The notes: a model not told the origin generated them from the letters alone. DNA of 46,078 bases from Candidatus Hydrogenedentota bacterium (GCA_007118765.1 SKQZ01000082.1:1-46078), one strand, 5' to 3'. Positions 26,099-35,449 are shown, counted from the first letter of the stretch. A program made the numbers and translations.

Positions 26099-26860
26099 AT
26101 GATGCCACGAATATTATTGTCCTCTGTGCTTCTGAGTGCTTTGATGCTGTTAACGCCGTATGTTGCGGCCTCCCTTAACGAGCCGCCGGAAGGGTTCACG
26201 GCGCTGTTTAACGGCGAGGATTTTACCAACTGGCGTGTACCCGAAGGCGACGGCGGTCATTGGCGTGTGGTGGACGGTGTCATTGATTACGATGCTCAGA
26301 GTCAGGCGCCCGGCGACAAGAACCTGTGGACGGAAGCGGAATTTGGCGATTTTGAACTGCATTTGGACTGGCGCATCACGGAGACGCCTTTCGTAAATCC
26401 AAACGTGCCGATTATCCGCCCGGACGGTTCTTACAAACTCGATGAAAACGGCGAAGTCATTCGGTTTCCCCTTCCCGACTCGGATTCGGGCATCTATCTG
26501 CGCGGTCTACCCAAGGCACAGGTGAATATCTGGACATGGCCCGTGGGTTCGGGCGAGGTTTGGGGGTATCGCACGGATGCCTCCATGCCGCCGGAAGTGC
26601 GCGCCGGTGTTACGCCGAGGATAATGGCGGACAACAACATTGGCGAATGGAATACGTTCGTCATCACCATGCGCGGCGACCGATTGACGGTTGTGCTGAA
26701 CGACCATCTCGTGATTGAGGATGCCAAGTTGCCCGATTTGCCCGAACGTGGTCGCATCGCGTTGCAGCATCACGGCCACAAGGTGGATGGCGAATGGCGC
26801 AGCTCCCCGTCGTTGGTGCAGTTCAGGAATATCTTTATCAAGGAGTTGGACAGCGAATAG
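26099..26860 (+). CDS. Secreted DUF1080 / 3-keto-disaccharide hydrolase-like protein
   Basis: Signal peptide present. Also FTALFNGEDFTNWRV, GHWRVVDGVI, DFELHLDWRI, SGIYLRG, ALQHHG and VQFRNIFIKEL. AAGGAA SD upstream. Confidence 0.85.
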   Translation: MMPRILLSSVLLSALMLLTPYVAASLNEPPEGFTALFNGEDFTNWRVPEGDGGHWRVVDGVIDYDAQSQAPGDKNLWTEAEFGDFELHLDWRITETPFVNPNVPIIRPDGSYKLDENGEVIRFPLPDSDSGIYLRGLPKAQVNIWTWPVGSGEVWGYRTDASMPPEVRAGVTPRIMADNNIGEWNTFVITMRGDRLTVVLNDHLVIEDAKLPDLPERGRIALQHHGHKVDGEWRSSPSLVQFRNIFIKELDSE

Positions 26861-26867
26861 CACGGCC

Positions 26868-26960
26868 TAACCCGCATATTTCACAAGATTTCTGTTGCGC
26901 CTGCGAATCTTACACCATATCAGGCGCTTTGCTTGCCCGCCGACTTCGACGTGTGATAAC
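26868..26960. repeat. Dispersed intergenic repeat, copy 2
   Basis: See copy 1. It starts 8 nt after the DUF1080 stop codon and lies 119 nt upstream of the MEMO-family ATG. Confidence 0.85.
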
Positions 26961-27078
26961 ACGCTGTCAGCCGGCGGCCTGCGCAAAACACCTGCTCTGG
27001 CGCAATCTTCACAGGCTCACGACGAAACGTGATGAAATATCCGGGCTAACGCAACGGTGCGAAAGGACACAAACATTT

Positions 27079-28308
27079 ATGGCTGTTTTACCGCCCATCA
27101 GGCGCGTGGAACCCCTGCCCGTTACTGTCAAGGGGGAAGACTATATTTGTCTCGCCGATCCGCTGGGCTATGTGGAAGACCAAATGGTATTGTCGCCACC
27201 GGCCTTCTTTATCGCCTGTTGTCTGGACGGCGCTCATGACGCCGCCGCTGTTCAGGAAGAGTTTGCGCGCACCTTTGGCGGTTTCAAGCCGCCGCTGGAA
27301 GAAATCCTCAATGTGGTCAACAGCTTGGACGAGGCCGGATTCCTGTGCACCGAAACCTTCACGAGGATAAAAGCACGTGTTGAGGCAACCTTTGGCGCAG
27401 CGCCGACGCGCAGCGCCATGCTTGCAGGACAAGCCTATCCCGACGCGCCGGAGCAGCTGCGCGAGCGACTGGACGGCTTCTTCGTGGACGAAGACGGGAC
27501 CGGTGCATTGCAGCGGATAACGCCCGGCGGCGACAGGCCGCTCCGTGGTCTTGTGGCGCCGCACATAGATTTCGAGCGCGGCGGCAATATATACGGGGCC
27601 GCATACCGCCGCTTATACGCGTCGGGCAAACCGGATGTGGTCATGCTCTTTGGCGTGGCCCATTTCGGCGCCGAGACGCCTTTTGTTATAACGCGCAAAG
27701 ATTTTGAGACGCCCCTTGGAACCCTGCGGACAGACCAGGACGCGGTGTCGCGGCTGGAAGCCGCCTGTTCGTGGCCTCCTTATGATGCTGAAATAGCCCA
27801 TCGCATGGAACACTCGTTGGAGTTTCAGGCGGTGATGCTGGCGTATTTGTATGGCACGGACGTGCCGATTATCCCCATTTTGTGCGCATTCCCCACGGAC
27901 GATCCCGAAACGCGGGCCGAAGAGAAAGAGATGGTGGCCGATTTTCTGCGCGCCTGCAACGCCGTGGCCAATGATCCGGAGCGCAACTGCACGGTTATCG
28001 CCGCCGCCGACCTGGCGCACGTGGGAAGGCGGTTCGGGGATGACCTTGATGTTTCGGAAGAACTCATTGCGTTGGTGCGGCAGCGCGACATGGATGATTT
28101 GCAGCATGTAACGGCCTGTGCGCCGGACAAGTTTTTTGATGCCATCATGGCGGACGACAATGCACGGCACGTCTGCGGGTTGGGGTGTATCTATTCCATG
28201 CTGAAAACGCTGGAGGGCACAACCCCGTCGGGTGAGATGGTGGACTACGATTACGCGCCGGATCCCGCCGGTGGTTTCGTGTCGTTCACGGCCATTGCGC
28301 TGGAATAG
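27079..28308 (+). CDS. MEMO1 / AmmeMemoRadiSam-system-protein-B family enzyme with an N-terminal extension of about 108 aa
   Basis: The core begins AMLAGQAYPDAPEQLRERL and includes GLVAPHIDFERGGNIYGAAY, LFGVAH, MEHSLEFQ and ADLAHVG. I trimmed the start to ATG 27079 (AAAGGA upstream); the ORF-track extension back to 26794 reads through the repeat and into the previous gene. Confidence 0.8.
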   Translation: MAVLPPIRRVEPLPVTVKGEDYICLADPLGYVEDQMVLSPPAFFIACCLDGAHDAAAVQEEFARTFGGFKPPLEEILNVVNSLDEAGFLCTETFTRIKARVEATFGAAPTRSAMLAGQAYPDAPEQLRERLDGFFVDEDGTGALQRITPGGDRPLRGLVAPHIDFERGGNIYGAAYRRLYASGKPDVVMLFGVAHFGAETPFVITRKDFETPLGTLRTDQDAVSRLEAACSWPPYDAEIAHRMEHSLEFQAVMLAYLYGTDVPIIPILCAFPTDDPETRAEEKEMVADFLRACNAVANDPERNCTVIAAADLAHVGRRFGDDLDVSEELIALVRQRDMDDLQHVTACAPDKFFDAIMADDNARHVCGLGCIYSMLKTLEGTTPSGEMVDYDYAPDPAGGFVSFTAIALE

Positions 28309-28333
28309 CAACTGCGGCCGGCTGCAACTATTG

Positions 28334-28342
28334 TGATATAAT
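28334..28342 (+). promoter_or_regulatory. Extended -10 promoter element TGaTATAAT upstream of the 118-aa ORF
   Basis: GTGATATAAT occupies 28333-28342, and the SD AAGGAG is at 28352-28357. No good -35 hexamer. Confidence 0.4.
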
Positions 28343-28365
28343 GCTGTGAGCAAGGAGAAGTGGTC

Positions 28366-28722
28366 ATGTCACAAAACGGAGAACGCTCAATGCTGAAAGA
28401 CCGGATGGTGCGAATTCGCTTGAACAAATCCTATCAAGAACAACGGCCTTTGTCATACGTGGGCAAGTGTACCGGGTTTAACAGTTACTGGGTCGTGGTG
28501 GAAGGACGCAGTATTATGGTGACCCGCTCGCAGGCAGGCGGGGCGCAACTGGACAAAAAATCGAGTATTCACGTTATCCCGCGCAACAACATCGAGTCCA
28601 TTCGGGTATTGCCCGACGACTTTGATCTTAACGACATCGTCATTGGCACTGAGGGCCAACAACTCGTGATAGTGCTCAAGTCCGGCCAGCCGTGTTTCAT
28701 CGGCGAAATCGGAGAGGGCTGA
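28366..28722 (+). CDS. Hypothetical 118-aa protein, possibly Sm/LSm-like fold
   Basis: AAGGAG lies 8 nt upstream of ATG 28366. The strand pattern VRIRL / SYVGKCTGF / YWVVVEG / IHVIPRNNIESIRVL resembles Sm1/Sm2 motifs. This is by-eye inference only. Confidence 0.6.
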   Translation: MSQNGERSMLKDRMVRIRLNKSYQEQRPLSYVGKCTGFNSYWVVVEGRSIMVTRSQAGGAQLDKKSSIHVIPRNNIESIRVLPDDFDLNDIVIGTEGQQLVIVLKSGQPCFIGEIGEG

Positions 28723-28783
28723 CAACGCCGCAGCATACAGCGCGTAACCTGGCACGGCGCCAATGGCCGTCATGTCAAGTTCC

Positions 28784-31582
28784 CTACTGTTTCAATAACA
28801 GCGTGACAATCTTTTTGGGCGCAATGTCCAGCGACACGGTACCGGCTGCCACAGGGACATCCTCCAGCGGCAGTTCTTCCAAGGTGACCCGTGCGGCGCG
28901 GGAGATATAGTCCGGCGCATTGATGGTGGCGGGTACGGTGTCTTCGCTTGGATTGTATAGACGCAGCACCCAACCATCGCCGTCTTCTGCGCGTTTGTAA
29001 CTGCTCAACTGGACGATGCCGGGCGTGATATCGAGGAATCCGTGTCGTGGCGGCAGGTTGCCCTGTGTCGTGCCGGATTGCACCGGTTCCAACGGCGCAA
29101 TGAGCGCATCCGCCTCTTGATACACACGGGCGCTGTCCTGGCGCCCGGCGTGGGGATACAGCCGGTACTCAAAACGGTGAAACCCCGGCGCCTGCGCCAA
29201 CTGCATTTCCGGCCGGGCCTCCCATCGGTAACTCACCGTGGTAAGATTCACTTCATAGGCGCGCAACAATGTGACGGCGATGGCGCGGTCTGCATTCTGC
29301 GTTACTTCGTATTCGCGCAATCCCCGGCTGATAAAGGCAAGTCCCGCCGTGTCGTTGCTTATGTCCACAAACCGTTGCATTGGAAACGTGACGCCCTGTG
29401 CCCCGTGCCAGACGCTGTCTTCATCGAAGTCCGTTTCACGCCGGACACGGTCAAAGGCGCTTTCGGCGTTGTGATGCGACGCGGGTAGCTGCGTGTTGCA
29501 GAACAGGCGAAGCCGATGACATTCCGCGGTGTTATCGAAACAGGTTTCCACCGCAAGGGCGCGGGCATGGCGGTGCAAGGTAAACCGCGATGTGATTGTC
29601 AACGCCTTTTCGTCGGCGCTGCGTTGCGCACAATTGCCCACACCGTCCAACCGCTGCCACGGGTCGCCGCCATGTTCCTGCAGGCCCGCCGGAACCCGCA
29701 TGTGATAGGTTAATCGGAACCGTGCCAGCACCGGGCCGTCTTCTTCCAGGGCGATGCTGACCGGAAAGCCGCGACTGTCCACGGCGCGGTCGGAAGCGGG
29801 TTGCACATGCATCCACGCATGGCCTGCCTCGCCATCATCCACAAAATAATGGAGCCCCTCAAAGCGATGGCCCGAACACCGGTTCTCCAACGTCAGCGCG
29901 CCGTCCGCGTTAAACGCAACCGCGAGGTATTCGTTGGCCATTTTGTTGACGCCGCACAGCATGCTGCCTTGTGCGAACATGCCCGAGCGGTCCACCACAT
30001 ACGCGGCATATCCCAACCCGGGTACGTCCGCCGCCTCAAAATGTATGGTAAAGCGTTCACAGCGCATCATGCACGGCGCGTCGAAGGCATGGTCCACCAC
30101 AGCCCAGTGCGGCTTGCGTGCGGCGCACTGTGTTGGGACGGGCGTCCCGGTGGCGGCGTCACGCATGGCAAACTGTCCGCGGGGCCGGTCTTCTTCCAGC
30201 GGCAGATCCACCACGGCCGTCACCACTTCCGTCCGCGGGAAGGGCGACGGATTATACACGGTTACCACAACGGCTTCTTCGGGCAGGCTGCTGGTGTCAA
30301 TTCGCTGTTGCAACGATGCCAGCGACCGCGAAAACACCCCTTCGCCAATATCCAGCGTCTGGCGCAGCCGGTTCATCACGTCCTCTTCAATGGCGTCTAC
30401 GCCGCTGCCCGAAATACTGTCGTGGGCGTGACATTGCAGCATGGTTTTCCACGCGAGCTCGAGTAACGTGTCGGGATACTCCGCGCCCAATTGGCTTGCC
30501 GCCACGGCAAAGGGTTCCGTCCGCCGTTGTATCAAATACTCCGCCTCGCTGCTTCGATATTTCATGCGCGTGCGGCTCGACAACACATCGCTGTAAAGAT
30601 GCAGCGCGGCGGGCATGGGTTTGGGTACGCGCCGTTCGCCGCTCAACACGGGCAGGTTCTCCCAGTCCACTTCCGCGCGGATGGCCGCCATCATCTCCTC
30701 GTAATGCCCGTGTACCACCTCATCATCCGCAAGGGTTGTGCGCGTGTGTTCGATCATTTCCTTTTCCAGCGGATCGGCCACGCTGCTGTCGTGCCCCATC
30801 ATAAAAGCCAGGTGCCGCGTGGTGGCGGTGTTTGCCTCCGCATCGCGCAAGGCGCGCACGGCTTCGGTCAACCGCTCCTTGTCAACCGTGCGCGGCGGCG
30901 TGAGCAACAGGTAATGGCCTTGTGCCTGGGCGCATCCCGCCCGCCGAAAAGGCAGGCCCCCTTCACGCCATGCGTATTCGCGGTCCGCCGTGGTTTTTCC
31001 CATCACCGCCGGACGATATACATTATGATAAAAGTTGTATCGTGCCATGCTGCTCATCTGCGAGCCCAGGATGCGTGTGCCGTCGGCGCCCTCAAACACG
31101 AACTCATTGGGCGTGTCATCGTGGCTGACGCCGTGGTAAAAGAGAATCGTGTCAATGCCGAAACCCGCATAGAGTTGGGGCATTTGCGAGTTCTGTCCGT
31201 ATGAAAAGGGCGTGTGTCCCACCTTCATCACGTGACCGAATGCACCGGCCACCTTGTGTCCCATCAACAGGTTGCGCACCAGCGACTCCCCGTTAACTTC
31301 AAAGCATTCCGGACAGGTGTACCACGGCCCGATAAGGAGCCGCCCCGCAGCCACTTGTTTTTGAACCCGCTCCGTGTTTTCCGGGCGCACCTGCAAGTAA
31401 TCCTCCACGGGTATGGCCTGCGCATCGAGCACAAAGGAACGATATCCGCTGTCCTGTTCAAGTATTTCCAACAGCAAATCGAAAAAGGCCACCAACCGCA
31501 TGCGCGTTTCCTGAAAATTATGGAGCCACTCACGGTCCCAGTGGGTGTTCGATATGATATGCACTTTGTACTTGTTGTTCAT
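28784..31582 (-). CDS. Glycoside hydrolase family 38 (alpha-mannosidase)
   Basis: The N-terminus MNNKYKVHIISNTHWDREWLHNFQETR is the GH38 catalytic-domain signature, and the length (932 aa) is typical. I trimmed the start to ATG 31582 (GAAGGGA upstream). Confidence 0.9.
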   Translation of the reverse strand: MNNKYKVHIISNTHWDREWLHNFQETRMRLVAFFDLLLEILEQDSGYRSFVLDAQAIPVEDYLQVRPENTERVQKQVAAGRLLIGPWYTCPECFEVNGESLVRNLLMGHKVAGAFGHVMKVGHTPFSYGQNSQMPQLYAGFGIDTILFYHGVSHDDTPNEFVFEGADGTRILGSQMSSMARYNFYHNVYRPAVMGKTTADREYAWREGGLPFRRAGCAQAQGHYLLLTPPRTVDKERLTEAVRALRDAEANTATTRHLAFMMGHDSSVADPLEKEMIEHTRTTLADDEVVHGHYEEMMAAIRAEVDWENLPVLSGERRVPKPMPAALHLYSDVLSSRTRMKYRSSEAEYLIQRRTEPFAVAASQLGAEYPDTLLELAWKTMLQCHAHDSISGSGVDAIEEDVMNRLRQTLDIGEGVFSRSLASLQQRIDTSSLPEEAVVVTVYNPSPFPRTEVVTAVVDLPLEEDRPRGQFAMRDAATGTPVPTQCAARKPHWAVVDHAFDAPCMMRCERFTIHFEAADVPGLGYAAYVVDRSGMFAQGSMLCGVNKMANEYLAVAFNADGALTLENRCSGHRFEGLHYFVDDGEAGHAWMHVQPASDRAVDSRGFPVSIALEEDGPVLARFRLTYHMRVPAGLQEHGGDPWQRLDGVGNCAQRSADEKALTITSRFTLHRHARALAVETCFDNTAECHRLRLFCNTQLPASHHNAESAFDRVRRETDFDEDSVWHGAQGVTFPMQRFVDISNDTAGLAFISRGLREYEVTQNADRAIAVTLLRAYEVNLTTVSYRWEARPEMQLAQAPGFHRFEYRLYPHAGRQDSARVYQEADALIAPLEPVQSGTTQGNLPPRHGFLDITPGIVQLSSYKRAEDGDGWVLRLYNPSEDTVPATINAPDYISRAARVTLEELPLEDVPVAAGTVSLDIAPKKIVTLLLKQ

Positions 31583-31632
31583 GTGTATCCCTTCACGGCC
31601 CTGTTTGTACAGCAGCGTATTTACAGGGTTGT

Positions 31633-32793
31633 TTACTGATCTTGTGCGCCCCGGTAATTGAGCGTGGCGATGCCAATGGCGTCTTCGCCCTGGCCGCTGT
31701 ATAACAGATACCATTGGCCATCGTCATCCTTGAACAAACACGGGTCGCGCAACTCGTTGACGCCGCCGTAGACACGTCCCCGCTCGGAAGCGGTCACGGC
31801 GATATGGCCGCCTTCCCATTCCTCTTCGGCGGTGAGCACTTCGTAAGGCGGATATGAGGGTTCCCATTGCATCCAATCGTTGTCGCCGGCAGTCAGATCA
31901 ATGGTTGACAACAGGATGCGTTCGGGTCTGTCGCCGATGCGCGAATAGAAAGCGTGCAGGGTGTTGTTCACAAGCCGCACCGCAAAATGACGCGGATACA
32001 TGTCGGTGATGCCGTCCGCTCGTAACGCTTCCCGGAACGGGTTGCGTCCTTCCTCCCACAAGTAGGCGCCGAAGTCGTGGTCTTCGGGCGGTGTCCAGGG
32101 GTTTTGCGGATCAAGCGCCTTGTAAAGGCGACCGAAATTGCCAATGGCATACAATTCCTCGTTGTATTCAAAAACGCGGAAATAAAAGCGACCAAGTATA
32201 ACCGGGCGCACCCCGTGGCCCTCCTGACCACCGTGTTCCTCCATGTTAAAGTTCAGTCCGTCACGGGACGTGGCTACAAACGTTGCCTGTCCGGTGCCGT
32301 CGCCCCGGTGCGCGGAGGGTGCGTGAAAGTACATGATGATCTGAGCGTTGTCCTCATCAATATGCACGTCGGGGGAGGCAACGTGGCGATGGATACGGAT
32401 GCCGTTGCCCGGCTCAATGGCGTTGTCTTCGCCAAGGTCCAGCACGCCCCGTTGGCCCACGGGCACGTCGCTTCCCGTGCGGTACAGATGCCATGGCCCT
32501 TCAATGTCCGAGGCCCACGCCATCCGGATGTAGTGCCCGCCATGATGGGCAAAATACAAATAATATACGGCATTCGGATGGGCACGGTCTTCCGGTGGAA
32601 TCCACGCGGGCACACGAATGAGAGAAGGCCCGTTAATGTTATTGCCTTCCTCTTCTGCAACGCCCAGCGCCTCAAAGTGTCCCACATGGATAATGGGCTG
32701 CTTGTTATTGATCCGCTCAATCTCATACGGCGCTTGCGCGCCAAGGGCCGCCATGGAAAACAGTACACAGCAGGTAATCACGTGAAAACTCAT
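31633..32793 (-). CDS. Secreted beta-propeller glycosidase-like protein (GH43/32-superfamily-like; family uncertain)
   Basis: Signal peptide present. NGPSLIRVPAWI, YYLYFAHHGGHYIRMAWASDIEGPW and ASPDVHIDED resemble five-bladed propeller glycosidases. Confidence 0.55.
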   Translation of the reverse strand: MSFHVITCCVLFSMAALGAQAPYEIERINNKQPIIHVGHFEALGVAEEEGNNINGPSLIRVPAWIPPEDRAHPNAVYYLYFAHHGGHYIRMAWASDIEGPWHLYRTGSDVPVGQRGVLDLGEDNAIEPGNGIRIHRHVASPDVHIDEDNAQIIMYFHAPSAHRGDGTGQATFVATSRDGLNFNMEEHGGQEGHGVRPVILGRFYFRVFEYNEELYAIGNFGRLYKALDPQNPWTPPEDHDFGAYLWEEGRNPFREALRADGITDMYPRHFAVRLVNNTLHAFYSRIGDRPERILLSTIDLTAGDNDWMQWEPSYPPYEVLTAEEEWEGGHIAVTASERGRVYGGVNELRDPCLFKDDDGQWYLLYSGQGEDAIGIATLNYRGAQDQ

Positions 32794-32974
32794 GAATATC
32801 GCGCTCCTTTCTTGATGTTGGCCTGCGGGTCAGCAACTGAAACAGAGGGTAGCACTGCCCCGCCGCTGGTAGCAAGTTCCGATGCCGTTCCTTGTTTATG
32901 GCATGTGTGGTTGTTGCATACTATCGGGAATAAAGATAGCACTACGAGTAAACAAAGCTGATAAGGAAAACACA

Positions 32975-33916
32975 ATGACCCGTCAAAGCCAACTAACGAT
33001 GTCCTGTATTGTGGTCGTCGCACTCATGTGTGCCGGGTGCGCAACTTTTCAGCCGGGCGCGCCGCCGGGCGTGGTGGAGGTGATCGCACATCGCGGCGCA
33101 AGTCATGACGCGCCCGAGAACACCATCGCGGCATTCGCGCTGGCCCATGAGATGGGTGCCGATTGGTTTGAGCTGGATTGTTACCTGACACGCGACAATG
33201 TGGTTGTCGTGCTTCATGATGATACGCTTGACCGCACCACGGACGGCGAGGGCCCGATAGCAGTGCAGGATCTGGCTGATTTACGCGTCCTTGACGCCGG
33301 GTCGTGGAAAGATGCCCGGTTCGCCGGTGAACCGCTGCCCACTCTTGGCGAGGCACTGGATTTCGCCCGCAACCGCATCGGCGTGTATGTGGAAATAAAG
33401 AGCATGGCGGATGACGGCGCGTTAATGGCGCAGATATTGGAGATGGCCGCCGACACGACTGTCATGACCCCGGCCCTGGAACAGAAAATAATGGCCGCCA
33501 TCGAGGCGTCCGGCACACGCAACCTCACCCTGACCCGCGAAGCCATTGCCGAGATTCAGGCGCGTAACATGGCGTCGGGCGTGGTGATTCAAGCCTTTTC
33601 GCCCATTGTGTGCGCTGTTACACGCATTGAAGCGCCCGATATACGGGTGGAACTGCTCTCCGGGGTGGAGGCGGACGATCACGCCGGCTGGGAGCGCGTA
33701 TGCCGTTGGCTGTTTCTGCTTGATTTGGACGGATTGAATCTGAACGCGGAAGGCGTTACCCCCGGACGTTTGGCGGCCATTCAAGGCGCCGACAAAAAAG
33801 TGGCCGTGTGGACCGTGAACGATCCCGACGCAATGGCTACTTTTGCCGGGTGGGGGGTGGACGCCATTATTACCGACCGTCCGGACCTGTGCCTGAACGT
33901 ATTGGGCCGCAAATAA
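32975..33916 (+). CDS. Glycerophosphodiester phosphodiesterase, probable lipoprotein
   Basis: The lipobox-like signal VVALMCAGC is followed by the GDPD motifs VIAHRGASHDAPENT and FELDCYLTRDNVVVVLHDDTLDRTT. AAGGA SD upstream. Confidence 0.85.
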   Translation: MTRQSQLTMSCIVVVALMCAGCATFQPGAPPGVVEVIAHRGASHDAPENTIAAFALAHEMGADWFELDCYLTRDNVVVVLHDDTLDRTTDGEGPIAVQDLADLRVLDAGSWKDARFAGEPLPTLGEALDFARNRIGVYVEIKSMADDGALMAQILEMAADTTVMTPALEQKIMAAIEASGTRNLTLTREAIAEIQARNMASGVVIQAFSPIVCAVTRIEAPDIRVELLSGVEADDHAGWERVCRWLFLLDLDGLNLNAEGVTPGRLAAIQGADKKVAVWTVNDPDAMATFAGWGVDAIITDRPDLCLNVLGRK

Positions 33917-33964
33917 CCGCGACGACGCAAAAACAACACGCTTTTTCTTTATTTGGCGTACTCG

Positions 33965-33973
33965 TGATATAAT
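33965..33973 (+). promoter_or_regulatory. Extended -10 promoter element TGaTATAAT upstream of the Hsp70-like gene
   Basis: GTGATATAAT at 33964-33973 is identical to the 10-mer at 28333-28342. Confidence 0.4.
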
Positions 33974-34027
33974 CCGCTTTTTTGTGTGCATGATATGTAT
34001 ACGCACGGGTAAACCAAGGGAATTATC

Positions 34028-35443
34028 GTGAAGCGTTTGTTTTGTGGTGTTGATTTCGGTACAACAAATACCAGCCTTGCATTGTGTGACGGCGCCCGGT
34101 CCTGGGCCATTCCGCTGGATACGCACAACGACCCGGCCACTTCGTTGCCTTCGCTTTTGTACATTTCCAGCGAAGGCGACAAAATTGTGGGGCGTCAAGC
34201 GGCGGATGCCTTTATTGCGCGCAATGTTGATCGGGAGGTAAAACTGCGCCAGATGGATTTGGGTGTGGACGTGGAAGCCTATGTCGGCGCGGAGCCGGAC
34301 AAAAGCGACGCGTATAATCCGGCGCTGGTAGACACCAACGTGCGCCATGCCATGCGTGCGCGGGCCACGCTTGAAGTCAACTCGCCGGGCCGCCTTTTTC
34401 AATCGCTGAAAACGCTGTTGCGCCAGCCGAGTTTCAAGAACACCGAGGTGTTCGGCACAAAATATCAAATAGAAGAGTTGGTCGCTTATATTCTGGATGC
34501 AGCCAAAAAACGGGCCGAGGCGGAGACGGGAGCGCCTGTGGAGCACGCCGTGTTCGGGAGGCCGGTGCGCTTCTCCGAAGAGGACGCGGAAAATACGCTG
34601 GCCGAGCAGCGATTGCGCACCGCAGCCGAACTGGTCGGATTCAGGGACGTGGTCTTCTTCTATGAGCCCGTGGGCGCATGTGTTGAGTATGCCATTGACA
34701 TTGAAGACCGGCAGCGGCTGATGGTGGTGGATATCGGCGGCGGCACCTGTGACGTGTGCATTATGGAGTTTCAGGGCGGCGGCGCGGTTACAGACCGGCT
34801 CGCCTCCAGTCGCATACTCAGCGTCGCGGGCACCCCGGTGGCGGGCGATGCGCTTGATCGGGAAATCATTCGCACCAAACTGTTTCCGCTCTTTGGCAGT
34901 CGCGCACGGTATGGGCCGTCAAAACTGCCCATGCCCCAGCACATTTACAACCAGATTCTGGATTGGCAAAACATTTACAAACTGAACACGGAAGACAATA
35001 TCAACTGGCTGCTGGCAGCCGAAGCGTCTTCCAATTATCCGGAAGGGTTGCGTGCATTGCGCTGTCTTATCCGCCGTAACTACGGTTATCTGGTGGCGCG
35101 CGAAGTGGAAGCCGCAAAGAAACGGTTGTCCCACGAAGAGGCCACCCATATTACGGTGGCTCACGAGGACATCGCCATCGAAGAGCTGCTTGAGCGTGAC
35201 GAGTTTGCACACATCATCGAAACGATTCTTGAACGCATGTTGGAATCCATTGTGGAGGCGGAAACCCGCGCGGGATTGCAGCCCGGCGCGTTGGATTTTG
35301 TGCTCACCACCGGCGGCACGTGTCTTGTGCCGGCGGTGCAGGCCATGCTGCGGGAACGGTTCGGCGCCGAACGACTGCGCAGCCGCGACACCTTTACCAG
35401 TGTGGCGACGGGGTTGGCCGTGGTTGCGAGCCACGCTTTTTAG
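34028..35443 (+). CDS. Non-canonical Hsp70-family ATPase (471 aa, DnaK-like actin-fold)
   Basis: Phosphate-1 GVDFGTTNTSLA, phosphate-2 VVDIGGGTCDV and adenosine motif LTTGGTCLVPAVQ. GTG start. It is shorter than DnaK, and there is no adjacent DnaJ or GrpE. Confidence 0.8.
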   Translation: MKRLFCGVDFGTTNTSLALCDGARSWAIPLDTHNDPATSLPSLLYISSEGDKIVGRQAADAFIARNVDREVKLRQMDLGVDVEAYVGAEPDKSDAYNPALVDTNVRHAMRARATLEVNSPGRLFQSLKTLLRQPSFKNTEVFGTKYQIEELVAYILDAAKKRAEAETGAPVEHAVFGRPVRFSEEDAENTLAEQRLRTAAELVGFRDVVFFYEPVGACVEYAIDIEDRQRLMVVDIGGGTCDVCIMEFQGGGAVTDRLASSRILSVAGTPVAGDALDREIIRTKLFPLFGSRARYGPSKLPMPQHIYNQILDWQNIYKLNTEDNINWLLAAEASSNYPEGLRALRCLIRRNYGYLVAREVEAAKKRLSHEEATHITVAHEDIAIEELLERDEFAHIIETILERMLESIVEAETRAGLQPGALDFVLTTGGTCLVPAVQAMLRERFGAERLRSRDTFTSVATGLAVVASHAF

Positions 35444-35449
35444 ATTCGC

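Noticed and set aside
27079-28722. Complete AmmeMemoRadiSam system
   Set aside because: Only the MEMO-family (protein B) gene is present. No AMMECR1 gene or radical SAM partner is in the window.
28784-33916. SusC/SusD-type polysaccharide utilisation locus
   Set aside because: The glycosidase, propeller-protein and phosphodiesterase genes cluster together. However, no TonB-dependent receptor or SusD-like gene is present, and there is no regulator.
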